A DNA stretch of 64,000 bases from Octopus sinensis (Eukaryota). Of the stretch, positions 53,846-64,000 are shown piece after piece. The stretch covers positions 140,740,001 through 140,804,000 of the forward strand of contig NC_042997.1 of NCBI RefSeq assembly GCF_006345805.1, read 5' to 3'. The position numbers and the translations under genes were made by a program. The number at the start of each line of letters is the position of its first letter. The stretch's first letter is position 1. Below the pieces are notes generated by a model, which was not told the DNA's origin, did no database searches, and saw only the letters and a program-made list of their open reading frames with translations.

Positions 53846-54550
53846 TGTCATCGTCATCATCATCATCATCACCATCATCATCACCATCATCATCATCATC
53901 ATTATTGTTGTCATCATCACCATCATTGTTTAACATCCACTTTTCCATGCTTGCATGGATCATATGAAATTTGTTGTGGCAAATTTTTCTATGGCCAAAT
54001 GCCTTCTTGTCACTAAACTTCTGTTTCCTAGCAGTGTAAGATTTTTTCATGGCTTGACATATATTTTTGTGGAAGATTGGAAATAAACAACATTGCTTGT
54101 ATGATGGTAATTCCTTGTTTACAACTACCTCATGATGTCAAGATAGTGTACATACACATATATGATGGGCTTCATTCAGTCTCCATCTACCAAATCCATT
54201 TACAAGATATTAGTGAATTTGGGATCATAGTATAAAACACTTACCTAAGGTGTTATGTAGGGGAACTGAACCCACATGGTTGGGAGGCAAACTTCTCAAC
54301 CACTCCTTCTCACCCTGCCTTCTCTTGACTCATTGGAGCACCGTGGATGTGACAGCTGGAAGGGAGAGGGCTGCACCAACAGTTGGATGCAACAGCTTAT
54401 TTTCAGCTGAGTTAGCTAATGATGTACTTTGCTGAAGGACACAATGCACTGCATGCTCTGGGAATCAAACCTATGACCTTATGATCATGAACTCAGCATG
54501 CTTACCACTAGGCCATGCACCTTCACCAAAGCATATACAATTAATATATA

Positions 54551-55014
54551 TGAAGGGATGCAGGAAAGTTCCTGGCTTTGGGTAAAAGAAAATACAGAAG
54601 GATCAGTTAATTATGATTTTATTCAACATATTCTGCTCTCAGATTCACACACTTATTGCAGTGATCCTTCAGTTCTTCTAAGCCCTGTAAAAGAACTCAG
54701 AAGATTGGGCCTCCAACCAGGCCTTTCACAATACCCTTAAAGCCAGAAACTTTTCAGTATAGGCAGCAAGCTGGCAGAAACATTAGCACGCCGGTCGAAA
54801 TCCTTAGCTGTATTTCGTCTGCCGATACGTTCTGAGTTCAAATTCTGCCGAGGTCGACTTTGCCTTTCATCCTTTTGGGGTAGATAAATTAAGTACCAGT
54901 TATGCACTGGGGTCGATATAATCAACTTAATCCCTTTGTCTGTCCTTGTTTGTCCCCTCTATGTTTAGCCCCTTGTGGGCAATAAAGAAATAAGAAACTT
55001 TTCAGTACTCCTTG
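54551..55014 (+). mobile_element. Mariner-type MITE interrupted in its right TIR by a SINE
   Basis: TA-flanked imperfect TIRs tgaagggatgcaggaaagttcctggcttt / aaagccagaaacttttcagtactccttg. Confidence 0.7.
54760..54992 (+). mobile_element. SINE family A, full length, with 15-bp TSD
   Basis: TSD AGAAACTTTTCAGTA at 54745-54759 and 54993-55007. Confidence 0.9.
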
Positions 55015-55079
55015 TATGCAGTTTTGCACCTCTTTCTGAAACTTGCTTTCAATTCTTTATTTGTTATATTCAGTAAAAC

Positions 55080-55400
55080 ATCATCATTATTGTTCGACCG
55101 TGGTCGAGACAATGGAATTTACCATGCTATGCCAGACTTCACGGTCCATCATAGCATTACAGAGGTCCTGTTGCTGGATGCCTGTATCCCTGGAGATTAC
55201 ATCAGAGTAGGAGAGTGTGCGCCCTCTGGTATTGCAAGTAGATGGCTTCCAGAGGTGAAGAGTAGAAATTGCCTCGTTTTCAGCTCTACAACAATGTCCA
55301 GCAAACTGGACTCTCTTCTTTAGTACTTGGTTGTACAATGCTTTCCAATGTGTGTAGTAGTGGCGTGCACACACATTATTAGCCATTTGAAAAGACTATG
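55080..55400 (-). mobile_element. RTE/RTE-X-like LINE 3' end
   Basis: KRVQFAGHCCRAENEAISTLHLWKP..RGRTLSYSDVISRDTG..AMMDREVWHSMV (FAGH, RGR, DRxxW motifs), followed by an (ATG)-like tail. Confidence 0.8.
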
Positions 55401-56014
55401 ACAATTAACTGCACCAGGGTTCCTCTTCCCCAGGGAACCAGTTCAGTAAATACAGTTTTATGCCTCCACATAATTTGTCAACCTCTGTCTCCTATGACTC
55501 TCATTAGCAAAATTATATCACTAACCATCAGTATTTGGTAGAAATTACTACAAGTTTAGAAGATTGTGATGTCTCAGATACATGATTCTAAAAAAAAAGT
55601 TCATTTTATATTTATTGTTGTTATTGTTGTTGTTTCTGCTGTTGCATGTGAAGTAGTGCTTCTCTTATTGCACTCTGAAAAAAACCATTCCCTGGAGACT
55701 TCTAAAGACATCTGTGCTGAACAGCTTTAGATAATGTGAGATTTAAATATTCCATATGGACTGATGAAAGAGGGAAATATGTAGAAAATGGCATACAGAG
55801 AAAGAGAGATGGGGAGAGTGAGAAAGGGAAAGAGAGAGAGAGAGAGAGAGAGAGGGGCGAACAGAAAGAACAGAATTAGAGCAGGAGGGAGAAAGAATGT
55901 GAAGGGCTGTAAAGTAAATTGTTGCACATACACACACACACATACACACACACACACACATATACACACACATACACACACATATATAATATATATATAT
56001 ACACACATAGATAG

Positions 56015-56083
<69 letters not shown>

Positions 56084-56896
56084 GAGAGAAGTTGAAAGTG
56101 AGCTATAAAAAGGCTGAAACTAAACTATATTCCAATATTGAAAACACCTGACAGTATCATTGTGGCTTTGTTCTTAGTTAAGAATGAAATGAAATTTGTG
56201 AAACTAGACAAATTCCACTTGATTAATTAAGTTTACTAATTTTGATCTATTAGGTAAACTAGTTAATTGCATAGAGATATGTATAAGGAATGGCTGTTGA
56301 AGTCACCCACTCAGATTTTATCTCTTGTCTTAGATACATGTTGATATCTTCTGCATAATCTTTATTTAATTATATCTTAGCCATTCTGTTATCTGTTTCA
56401 AAGCTGTATCTGTTTCAAATGAATGTGATCTGCTTTAAGCATTTAATTGTTTGATTGTATGATATGGAGTAAATCTTCATAGTAAAACATCCTCCCAGAA
56501 GGAACCCTTTGGTTCTGGCTTACAGAAAAGTTAAGAATGGACGGGGATTTGAAGTAAAGCTCAATTTTGCTAGTAACATCTCTATTTTTTTGTTTTTGTA
56601 TTTGTAACTTATATACTTTTTATTTGAAGCAGTGGAACAGAGCCATAAACTTCCAAATCCCTTGTTGACTAGTTGATGGAGATTGATTTAATCAGGTTAA
56701 TATAATTAATTTTCAATGATATATAAGCATGGCTGGGCAGTTAGGAAGTTTGCTTTGCAGCCATGTGGTTTCCAATTCAATCCTACTAGGTGGCACCTTG
56801 GGGAATTGTCTTCTACTGTAGTCCCAGGCTGACAAATACTTTGTAAGTGAAGTAGGTAGATTGAAATTGTGTGGAAACCTGTCATGGACATTTATA

Positions 56897-57289
56897 TCTT
56901 TCTATATATATAAAGCTGGAGTTGTCTGTGTATGGCAGGTTTGGTAGCCTTCAACTAACACTATCTCCTCCGAGACCCTGCAGCACAAGTTGACCAAAAT
57001 TGAGAGTATGATAGAAGAAGGCTTGCTCTTACTTCCGTAGAAGAAAAAATTCAAATCGGACCATGTTAACGCCAAAAATTATTTACATCAAAAAGGTGCT
57101 GTTTTCTATGAAAATCCCTATTTTTTATGATTTTTTGACTGCAGTGTTGCCATTTTTCGGTGTATTTCAACCAAAAAAATGTTCACTTAAAGAGAATAAC
57201 AAGCTACATAATGCAAAATTTTTACTTTTCGAAAATTCCAATTCTAAAGGGTCAAAACAAACCCGTGCAATGCTGGGCGATACTGCTAG
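56897..57289 (+). mobile_element. Non-autonomous Helitron, complete (393 bp)
   Basis: 5' TCTTTCTATATATATAAA after A; 3' GC-rich hairpin remnant then CTAG|T. Confidence 0.85.
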
Positions 57290-57419
57290 TATATATATAT
57301 ATGTTAGACATAAGTTTCATAAACTACAAAATATAAATATCTACACTACCACATTTGAAACATACCTGTCATAACTCTTTATCTCAATTTGAATGTACGT
57401 GAACGTATTTAGAATGCCC

Positions 57420-57843
57420 AAACTTACTTCTGAAAATGTGCTAAGCACTGATGCTGATTATAGTTTAATCAATAAGCATGGGAGCGAGGTAAATGCAGTA
57501 AAAATAGAGGGGTCAGAGGGGCCCCATTTAAGCAGCCTTTCAGAAATTGAACCTCCTTACAATACTCCCTGGGAGTTCATGGTATGAAATTCATTGTCTT
57601 GCTCTGATTTGGTCGCCAATGCCATATATTCAGTTTAAAATGCAGTAAAAATATGGGGATCATTGGGGCCCCAATTAGGTAGCCCTTAAAAAAAATAGAC
57701 CCCCCCCCCATCCCTTAGGACATTCCCTGGGATTAGGGAAATTGCTGGTTTGAGTTTCATTGTCCTTGCACCAATGGTCTAGGAGGAGTTAATGAACATA
57801 AAAACGTAACAGACAGAAAAACATCACTCAAATTTATAACAGG

Positions 57844-57845
<2 letters not shown>
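57420..57845 (+). mobile_element. Pearl/HINE-like element with an internal ~148-bp tandem core
   Basis: aatgcagtaaaaata..ggggcccca occurs at about 57492 and 57640. The end ggaggagtt..acagacag..tttataa resembles the bivalve Pearl/DTC84-type terminal module. Confidence 0.4.
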
Positions 57846-57874
<29 letters not shown>

Positions 57875-58543
57875 TGTATGTATGTATGTATGTATGTATG
57901 TATGTATGTATGTATGTATTATGTATGTATGTATTTATGTATGTATGTATTATGTATGTATGTATGTATGTATGTATGTATGTATGTATGTATGTATGTA
58001 TGTATGTATGTATGTATGTATGTATGTATGTATGTATGTATTTATGTATGTATGTATGTATGTATTTATGTATGTATGTATTTATGTATGTATGTATTTA
58101 TGTATGTATGTATGTATGTATGTATGTATGTATGTATGTATGTATGTATGTATGTATGTATGTATGTGTGTGTGTGTGTGTATATATGTGTGTGAGCATA
58201 TATGTATGTGTGTGTGTTTGTGCTTGTCTCTCCTCATTGCTTGACTATTGGTATTGGTTTTTGCTTACATTCCTGTAACTTAGCAATTTGGTAAAAGAGA
58301 CCAATAGAATAAGTATTAGACTTTGAAAAAAATAAGATCTGGGGTTGGTTTGTTTGATTAAACCTTTCAGTGTCTGGTGCTTTAGAATGGTCACTGTCCG
58401 ATGACTGGAAAGAAGTGAAAGTTAAAAGATTTATATTGAACATAGTATAATTCAGTTTATGAAGGATCCAGAAATAGTCATAGCACAATTGATCCATGAT
58501 AAAGTAGACCTAGGTGAGGTGTAGTGTGGCTATGTGCCTAGAA

Positions 58544-58861
58544 CAGGGGTGGGCAATTGTTTTGGCTTGGAGCCACTTTGAGAAGGCTGTGGTTTGTGGA
58601 GGGCCACACCTATAACTGATCGTATTCCTTACTTAACATTACTTTTCATTTAATGTACAGTGTAAATTACATAATAATAATAATAATAATAAATAAAGCT
58701 AAAATAATAGTGTACTCAGAAAAGGTTTCATTAAATTTATTTATGTGCAAATTACACATCAGCCAGCACAAGTAATTTAATGAGACAAATGAATGTTGAA
58801 TGCTTCCACAGGCCACATAAAACTCTGTGGCAGCCTGTGGGCTGTAAATTGCCCATCCCTG
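58544..58861 (+). mobile_element. hAT MITE (318 bp)
   Basis: TIRs CAGGGGTGGGCAA / TTGCCCATCCCTG (12/13). TSD gcctagaa / acctagaa (7/8, central TA). Confidence 0.85.
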
Positions 58862-59234
58862 ACCTAGAAGAAATATCACTGAAAAGCTTGCCAACATGTA
58901 AAACTATTAACAAAATTGTATTGGTTTTAATGTCTGTTTTTCCATATAAGCTGGAATTGAACGGTAAATGTTAAAAATCAGAATTGATGAATTACCAATT
59001 CACTTTGATATACATCAATAGATAGATGATACATCAATGGACTGATTATGCTTCTCAGTTCAATCCTCATCATCACTGCTATAGCATTTCTTTGAAATAC
59101 TGGATTTATATTGAAGAAAAGCCTTCTCTTGTATCTTTTACTAATTGCAGATAACTTGTCAAAATACAGACATTTGATGTTGGATATCACATATTATTGC
59201 CAGCTTTGGTTGGTTTATTTCTTTATTTATTAAT

Positions 59235-59452
59235 CGCTGCCAGTACTGCTTGACTGGCCTTCATGCCAGCGGCATGTAAAAGCACCCACTACACTCTCGG
59301 AGTGGTTGGCATTAGGAAGGGCATCCAGCTGTAGAAGCTCTGCCAGATCAGATTGGAGTCTGGTGCAGCCATCTGGTTCACCAGACCTCAGTCAAATCGT
59401 CCAACCCATGCTAGCATGGAAAGCGGACGTTAAACGATGATGATGATGATGA
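59235..59452 (+). mobile_element. SINE-like family D with (ATG)n tail (other copies 49440-49690, 51480-51740, 52500-52860, 53925-54140)
   Basis: gttggcattaggaagggcatccagctgtagaa..ccaacccatgctagcatggaaagcggacgttaaacgatgatgatg. Confidence 0.7.
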
Positions 59453-59869
59453 CTTCAGATATTATAAACTAAGTAATGCAAGGCTAAATATGTGACTGCT
59501 ACTGATCATATGGTCGTAAATTCAGATCTTAGTTCAGACATTTTGTTATTCTCCTGAGCTCCAGTTTGTTTAATTGAACACCCACATACACAATTAAAAA
59601 ATATGGTTGAATGAAAAGAGGTAAGATGGGCACACAACTGTGAACTTGTTTGCTCCAGTTAGTAAACCATCCTATGCAAGCATTGAGTGATATAAATATT
59701 TAGTGGGGCATTCTTTTATAGCCAGATGTTGATGCTCTTCTTGTCATTAACCTGTCTTTTTATTATAAAGGATCACTTATATCACATGTCTTTGAAGGTG
59801 CAAAGGTAGCAGTTGATTTTCAGCGGGCATATTGACAACAGTGTCACTGCTTAAATGCTTAAATATATA

Positions 59870-59909
<40 letters not shown>

Positions 59910-60916
59910 CATAAATGACAGAGAAATATTTAGATGAATCTTTATTTAATAATAAAAAATCCAAGTATCATGAAAAATTTGTTTCATAACTCAAAAAAAC
60001 GTGTAAATAACTTATATAATCATATTTAATATGTCCCACTCCGTGACACTTTGGGCAAGTGTCTTCTGCTATAGCCTTGGGGCAACCAAAGTCTTGTGAG
60101 TGGATTTGGTAGACGGAAACTGAAAGAAGCCTGTCGTATATATGTATAGTAAAGATGGTGCTCCAGCATGGCCACAGTCAGATGACTGAAACAAGTAAAA
60201 GATAGTAAAAGAGTAAAAAATAAATTACTTATGCATCTGCACTAATAGAAAATGTAAAAAATTCTTTCAAAATGATGCAGAATTTGAGCTGTCATCAGGT
60301 GAAATATATACAGCATCCTTGAGCAAGACATTTTTATTTCACTTTGTTCTAGTCCACTCAGCTGGCAAAAATGAGTTGTGGCTGTATTTCAATGGACCAA
60401 CCTTGTCACACTCTGTGTCATGCTGAATCTCCCTGACAACTATGATAAGGGTACACACATCTGTGGAGTGCTCAGCCACTTGCACATTAATTTCACGAGC
60501 AGGCTTTTCTCTTGATCGAAGTAACTGGAACCCTTGTCATCGTAACCAATGGAGTGCCAGTTATATATATATATTTGAGAAACATAGATACATGATTACT
60601 ATTCTGACAGTTAATCAAGTTATGCAGGCAGGTGTTATATTCAATGACTGGTGTGCTATTATCATCGTAAACTGCTACAAAAGTGAAAAAAGGTATCAAA
60701 CCACTACATCAGTTTATGAAACACCATGGAAAGAGTAGACCTAGATGAGATACAATTTAGCTTTTCTGCTTGGAAGAAAACTAAAGATTCAATCTTCCCA
60801 GTGAATACTTTTAGCCAAATATTTTTCCTGAAATATTTGGCTAAGAGTAAACCACTATTGCTGACCATTTGTTGATTCAGAGGTGATGTTTGACAAGGTA
60901 CCACATCCAGTATGAT

Positions 60917-60956
<40 letters not shown>

Positions 60957-60978
60957 TACATACACACACACACACATA

Positions 60979-61021
<43 letters not shown>

Positions 61022-61026
<5 letters not shown>

Positions 61027-61140
61027 GGAGTAAACACATAAATGTGAAACAAGGTGGAAAAAAGAGTACTCAAATACCAGTGGTAGAGTAATATGCTTTA
61101 TTTAAAGCAGCAGAAAATTTTCTGCTGCTTTAAATAAAGT
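61022..61140. mobile_element. (TA)n-embedded short insertion ending in a perfect 44-bp palindrome (61096-61139)
   Basis: ctttatttaaagcagcagaaaa|ttttctgctgctttaaataaag. Confidence 0.7.
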
Positions 61141-61399
61141 ATATATATATATATATATATGCATACATACATACATACATATACACGCACACACATGTCA
61201 TCATCATTATCATCATATAACATCTGTTGTCCATACTGGCATGGGTTGGATGGTTTGTCAAGCTTATCAGCTTTGGTTAAACCATCCAACCCATGCCAGC
61301 ATGGACAACGGATGTTAAATGATGATGGAACAAGTAGAATTAGATACCTTGCTCAGTGAATTAATTTCAGTATATTTCCTGCACTTCTTTTTAACCAGC

Positions 61400-62465
61400 C
61401 TCAGCAAGATTTGAACTCAGAGCAGAATGATCCAAAATTGTATACAATGGTGGCACCAAGCCATGAATGGTTGGTATTTTATTTATTTTATGTACAAGTT
61501 TCAGCAGTACATATTTTAAAATTGGAATGATACAGAGAAAATTAACCTGGTTAATCCTGTGCAAATTTATGAAATTCATATGTACTCCAGCATGGCCACA
61601 GTCCATCAAATGAAACCACTAAAAGAATAGTTCTGGAGAAATGAAAGGCAAATTTGACCTGGCAAGATTTGAACTCAGAATGTAGAGAGTTGGAATTAAA
61701 CACTAAAAGGCATTTAGTTAGTATTATTACAGTTTAACTAAGGTGGCAAGCTGGCAGAATCGTTAGCATGCTGGGTGAAATGTTTTGCAGTATTTTGTCT
61801 GTTTTTACATTCTGAGTTCAAATTCCATCAAGGTCAACATTACCTTTCATCCTTTTGGGGTTGATAAATTAAATACCTGTTGCATACTGGGTCGATCTAA
61901 TCAACTGCCCCTCCTCCCCCAAAATTTCAGGCCTTGTGCCTATAGTTGAAAGGATTATTACAGTTCAGTTTCCTAAGTCAACAAATGTTAGTTTTAAATT
62001 TTGGCACAAAGTCAGCTGTCTTTTGGGAATAAGCAATTCAATTACATCAGCCATTAGTGCTCAACTGGTACTTATTTTATTGGTCTCTAAAAGATGAAAG
62101 GTGGAGGCATGTGGCGTAGTGGTTATGTCAGCATCATGATCGTAAGATTGTGGTTTCAATTTCTGGACTGGGCGACACGTGTTCTTGAGCAAAACACTTC
62201 ATTTCACGTTGCTCAAGTCCACTCAGCTGGCAAAAGTGAGTAACGCTGCGATGGACTGGTGTCCCATCCAGCTGGGGAACACATATGCCTTGGAAACCGG
62301 GCCCATGAGCCCTGGCTTGGCTTTAAAAAAGGGCGCATTTATTTATTTTTTTTTAAAAAGATGAAAGGTAAAGTTGACCGTGGCGGAATTTGAACTCAGA
62401 ACGTAAAGACAGATCAGATGCTGCTAAGTGCTTTACCCAGCATGCTAATGATTCTGCCAGCTCAC
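61400..62465. mobile_element. Cluster of CpG-decayed SINE A fragments with a family C copy nested at about 62102-62335
   Basis: Family A motifs on both strands; family A resumes after the C insert with aaaagatgaaagg. Confidence 0.7.
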
Positions 62466-63379
62466 CTAAATGAACAGATATTTAGAAATGTACAGTTTAT
62501 AACTTAAGAATTTGAAAGAAAATAAATTAAAACTAGACCCCAAATTTGATACATAAGTAACACTTCTAAGCTAATAATTTAATTAGTTTTCTGGCTCAGT
62601 AACTTGACTGATTAAAGAAATATATCTTTAATATTAAGAGTGGTGTAGTCTGATGTATCTAAGTTATGTAAATATATAAATAAATAAATATATGAATAAA
62701 ATGTAATTCAATTTTGAATGTAAAACAAAACCTAGTTAGCATACTGAGATGCTGACTTTTCATTTATTTTTTATAGGGCAAAGGGGAAAATATTTAAATT
62801 ATGGTTAGAAGCCTGATTTATAGTGTCATTTACAGGAAAATTTTATTCATATTTTCAAATTAACAGCATAGCTTTCTGACAAGTTCTACACCCAGTAACT
62901 TGAATATAGAATTGAACGTGTAAAATTTCTATTTGGGATCTCAGAATTTTATCTTGGTATCTTTGACTAAGCCATTTGCTGCAGGAGAGGACATTAGCAC
63001 TTACAGTCACAAGGTTTTCATTTGTGTGTGTGTGTGTGTGTGAGAGTGAGAGAGAGTATGTATATTAGTTAACCAAAGTAGGAAGGCATGTTGCCTAGTA
63101 TTTAGTATTTAGTGCATTGCACTCATAATCACAAATCATGGTTTTGGTTCCTGGGCCAAGTGGTGCATTGTGTTCTTGAGCGAAACACTTCATTTCACGT
63201 GGCTCTAGTCCATTTATCAGTAAATGAGTAACCCTGCAATGGACGTGTATCCCATCTAGGGAGATTGCTGTGTTCTCAGTCACTTACAAGTTTTGCCATG
63301 AAATCTGGCTCCATGAGTTGCCATGTAAGCTGGCTCCATGAGTTGTTGGGTTCAAGACGGTAAGGTCCAAGAGTTGATG

Positions 63380-64000
63380 ATGAAAGTAGGACGTGTTTGT
63401 GACCTTTTGCAGGCCCACACAGACTGTGTCAGTAGGTGTTACTGATGTTTGCTTTAAACATCTCTAGGTTGTTAGTTGATGAAAGGCCAAGAGGTGGGTG
63501 TGCCTGGTTTCTGGGTGGAGGATCTATGCAGCTTTCTAATTCAGAATGACAGAGACTGTTGTAGTAGCAGTCCAATAAACAGAGAGGACAAACAGTGCAT
63601 CTGTGGGTCAATAGTTGTTGAATATTAGTGAATGAACATTTACCATGCAGCTAAAATACTTTATTTTGAACATAGCCAAAGAAGTGTATGTATTTAACAA
63701 GTAACACTGTTCCTGGTATATAGGCAGTCCTTCGTTGTGTAATATGGATTATTGTTATTGCATAGAGTAATAATATCAGGTAGCTGAAAGAATGGCCACA
63801 TGTCAGGGGAGAAGCAGAAAGTGAGAGGTCTGCTAATGTTCTGTAATATGAGGATCAGAGGTGTGAGGTATTTTGGTTGCAAAGCAGTGTGTAAGTATGA
63901 ATCAAGATGTCATTTGTGAGAATTCTCTTTGTAATCTTAGTGAACTGATTCACCCTCAGTGATTCCAGGAAGAAGGAAATATAAAAATGTTATGAGAGGT
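63380..64000 (-). mobile_element. Decayed CR1/L2-group LINE C-terminal region
   Basis: LTHRCTVCPLCLLDCYYNSLCHSELESCIDPPP..HP resembles the LSHRR..SLFYRYY..CSSEL..IPP motif. Heavily mutated. Confidence 0.5.

Noticed and set aside
53531-54016. 161-aa ORF with His-rich tail
   Set aside because: The tail is a (CAT)n repeat, and the N-terminal part has no recognisable motif or clear splice context.

Overview
Repeat-dominated animal (non-prokaryotic) genomic DNA, most likely from an octopus or other cephalopod; this is inferred from the SINE families and the very dense (TA)n, (CA)n, (TATG)n, (TAGA)n and (CAT)n microsatellites. No intact protein-coding gene is recognisable, and almost all listed ORFs are microsatellite artefacts. 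The window holds dozens of copies of at least five SINE-like families, plus decayed LINE fragments (RTE, RTE-X-like, HERO-like RLE element, two CR1/L2-like). It also holds a Penelope-like retroelement remnant (RT C-terminus + GIY-YIG), a decayed maT/DD37D-like Tc1/mariner transposase, non-autonomous Helitrons, hAT and mariner MITEs, short 5S and 28S rRNA fragments, and a near-identical 1.2-kb tandem duplication. The most striking signal is a set of (TA)n-anchored fold-back insertions carrying minimal hammerhead-ribozyme-like folds with non-canonical cores. Foremost is a 363-bp, highly structured, circularly permuted unit at 25270-26139 that looks like a retrozyme (circular-RNA-derived, non-autonomous Penelope-type element). 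The second is a Penelope family with a recurrent CUGUNGA core. From about 48 kb rightwards the repeat copies are CpG-decayed, suggesting a methylated host gene body. All alignments and folds were done by eye, so boundaries are approximate unless termini or TSDs are quoted.
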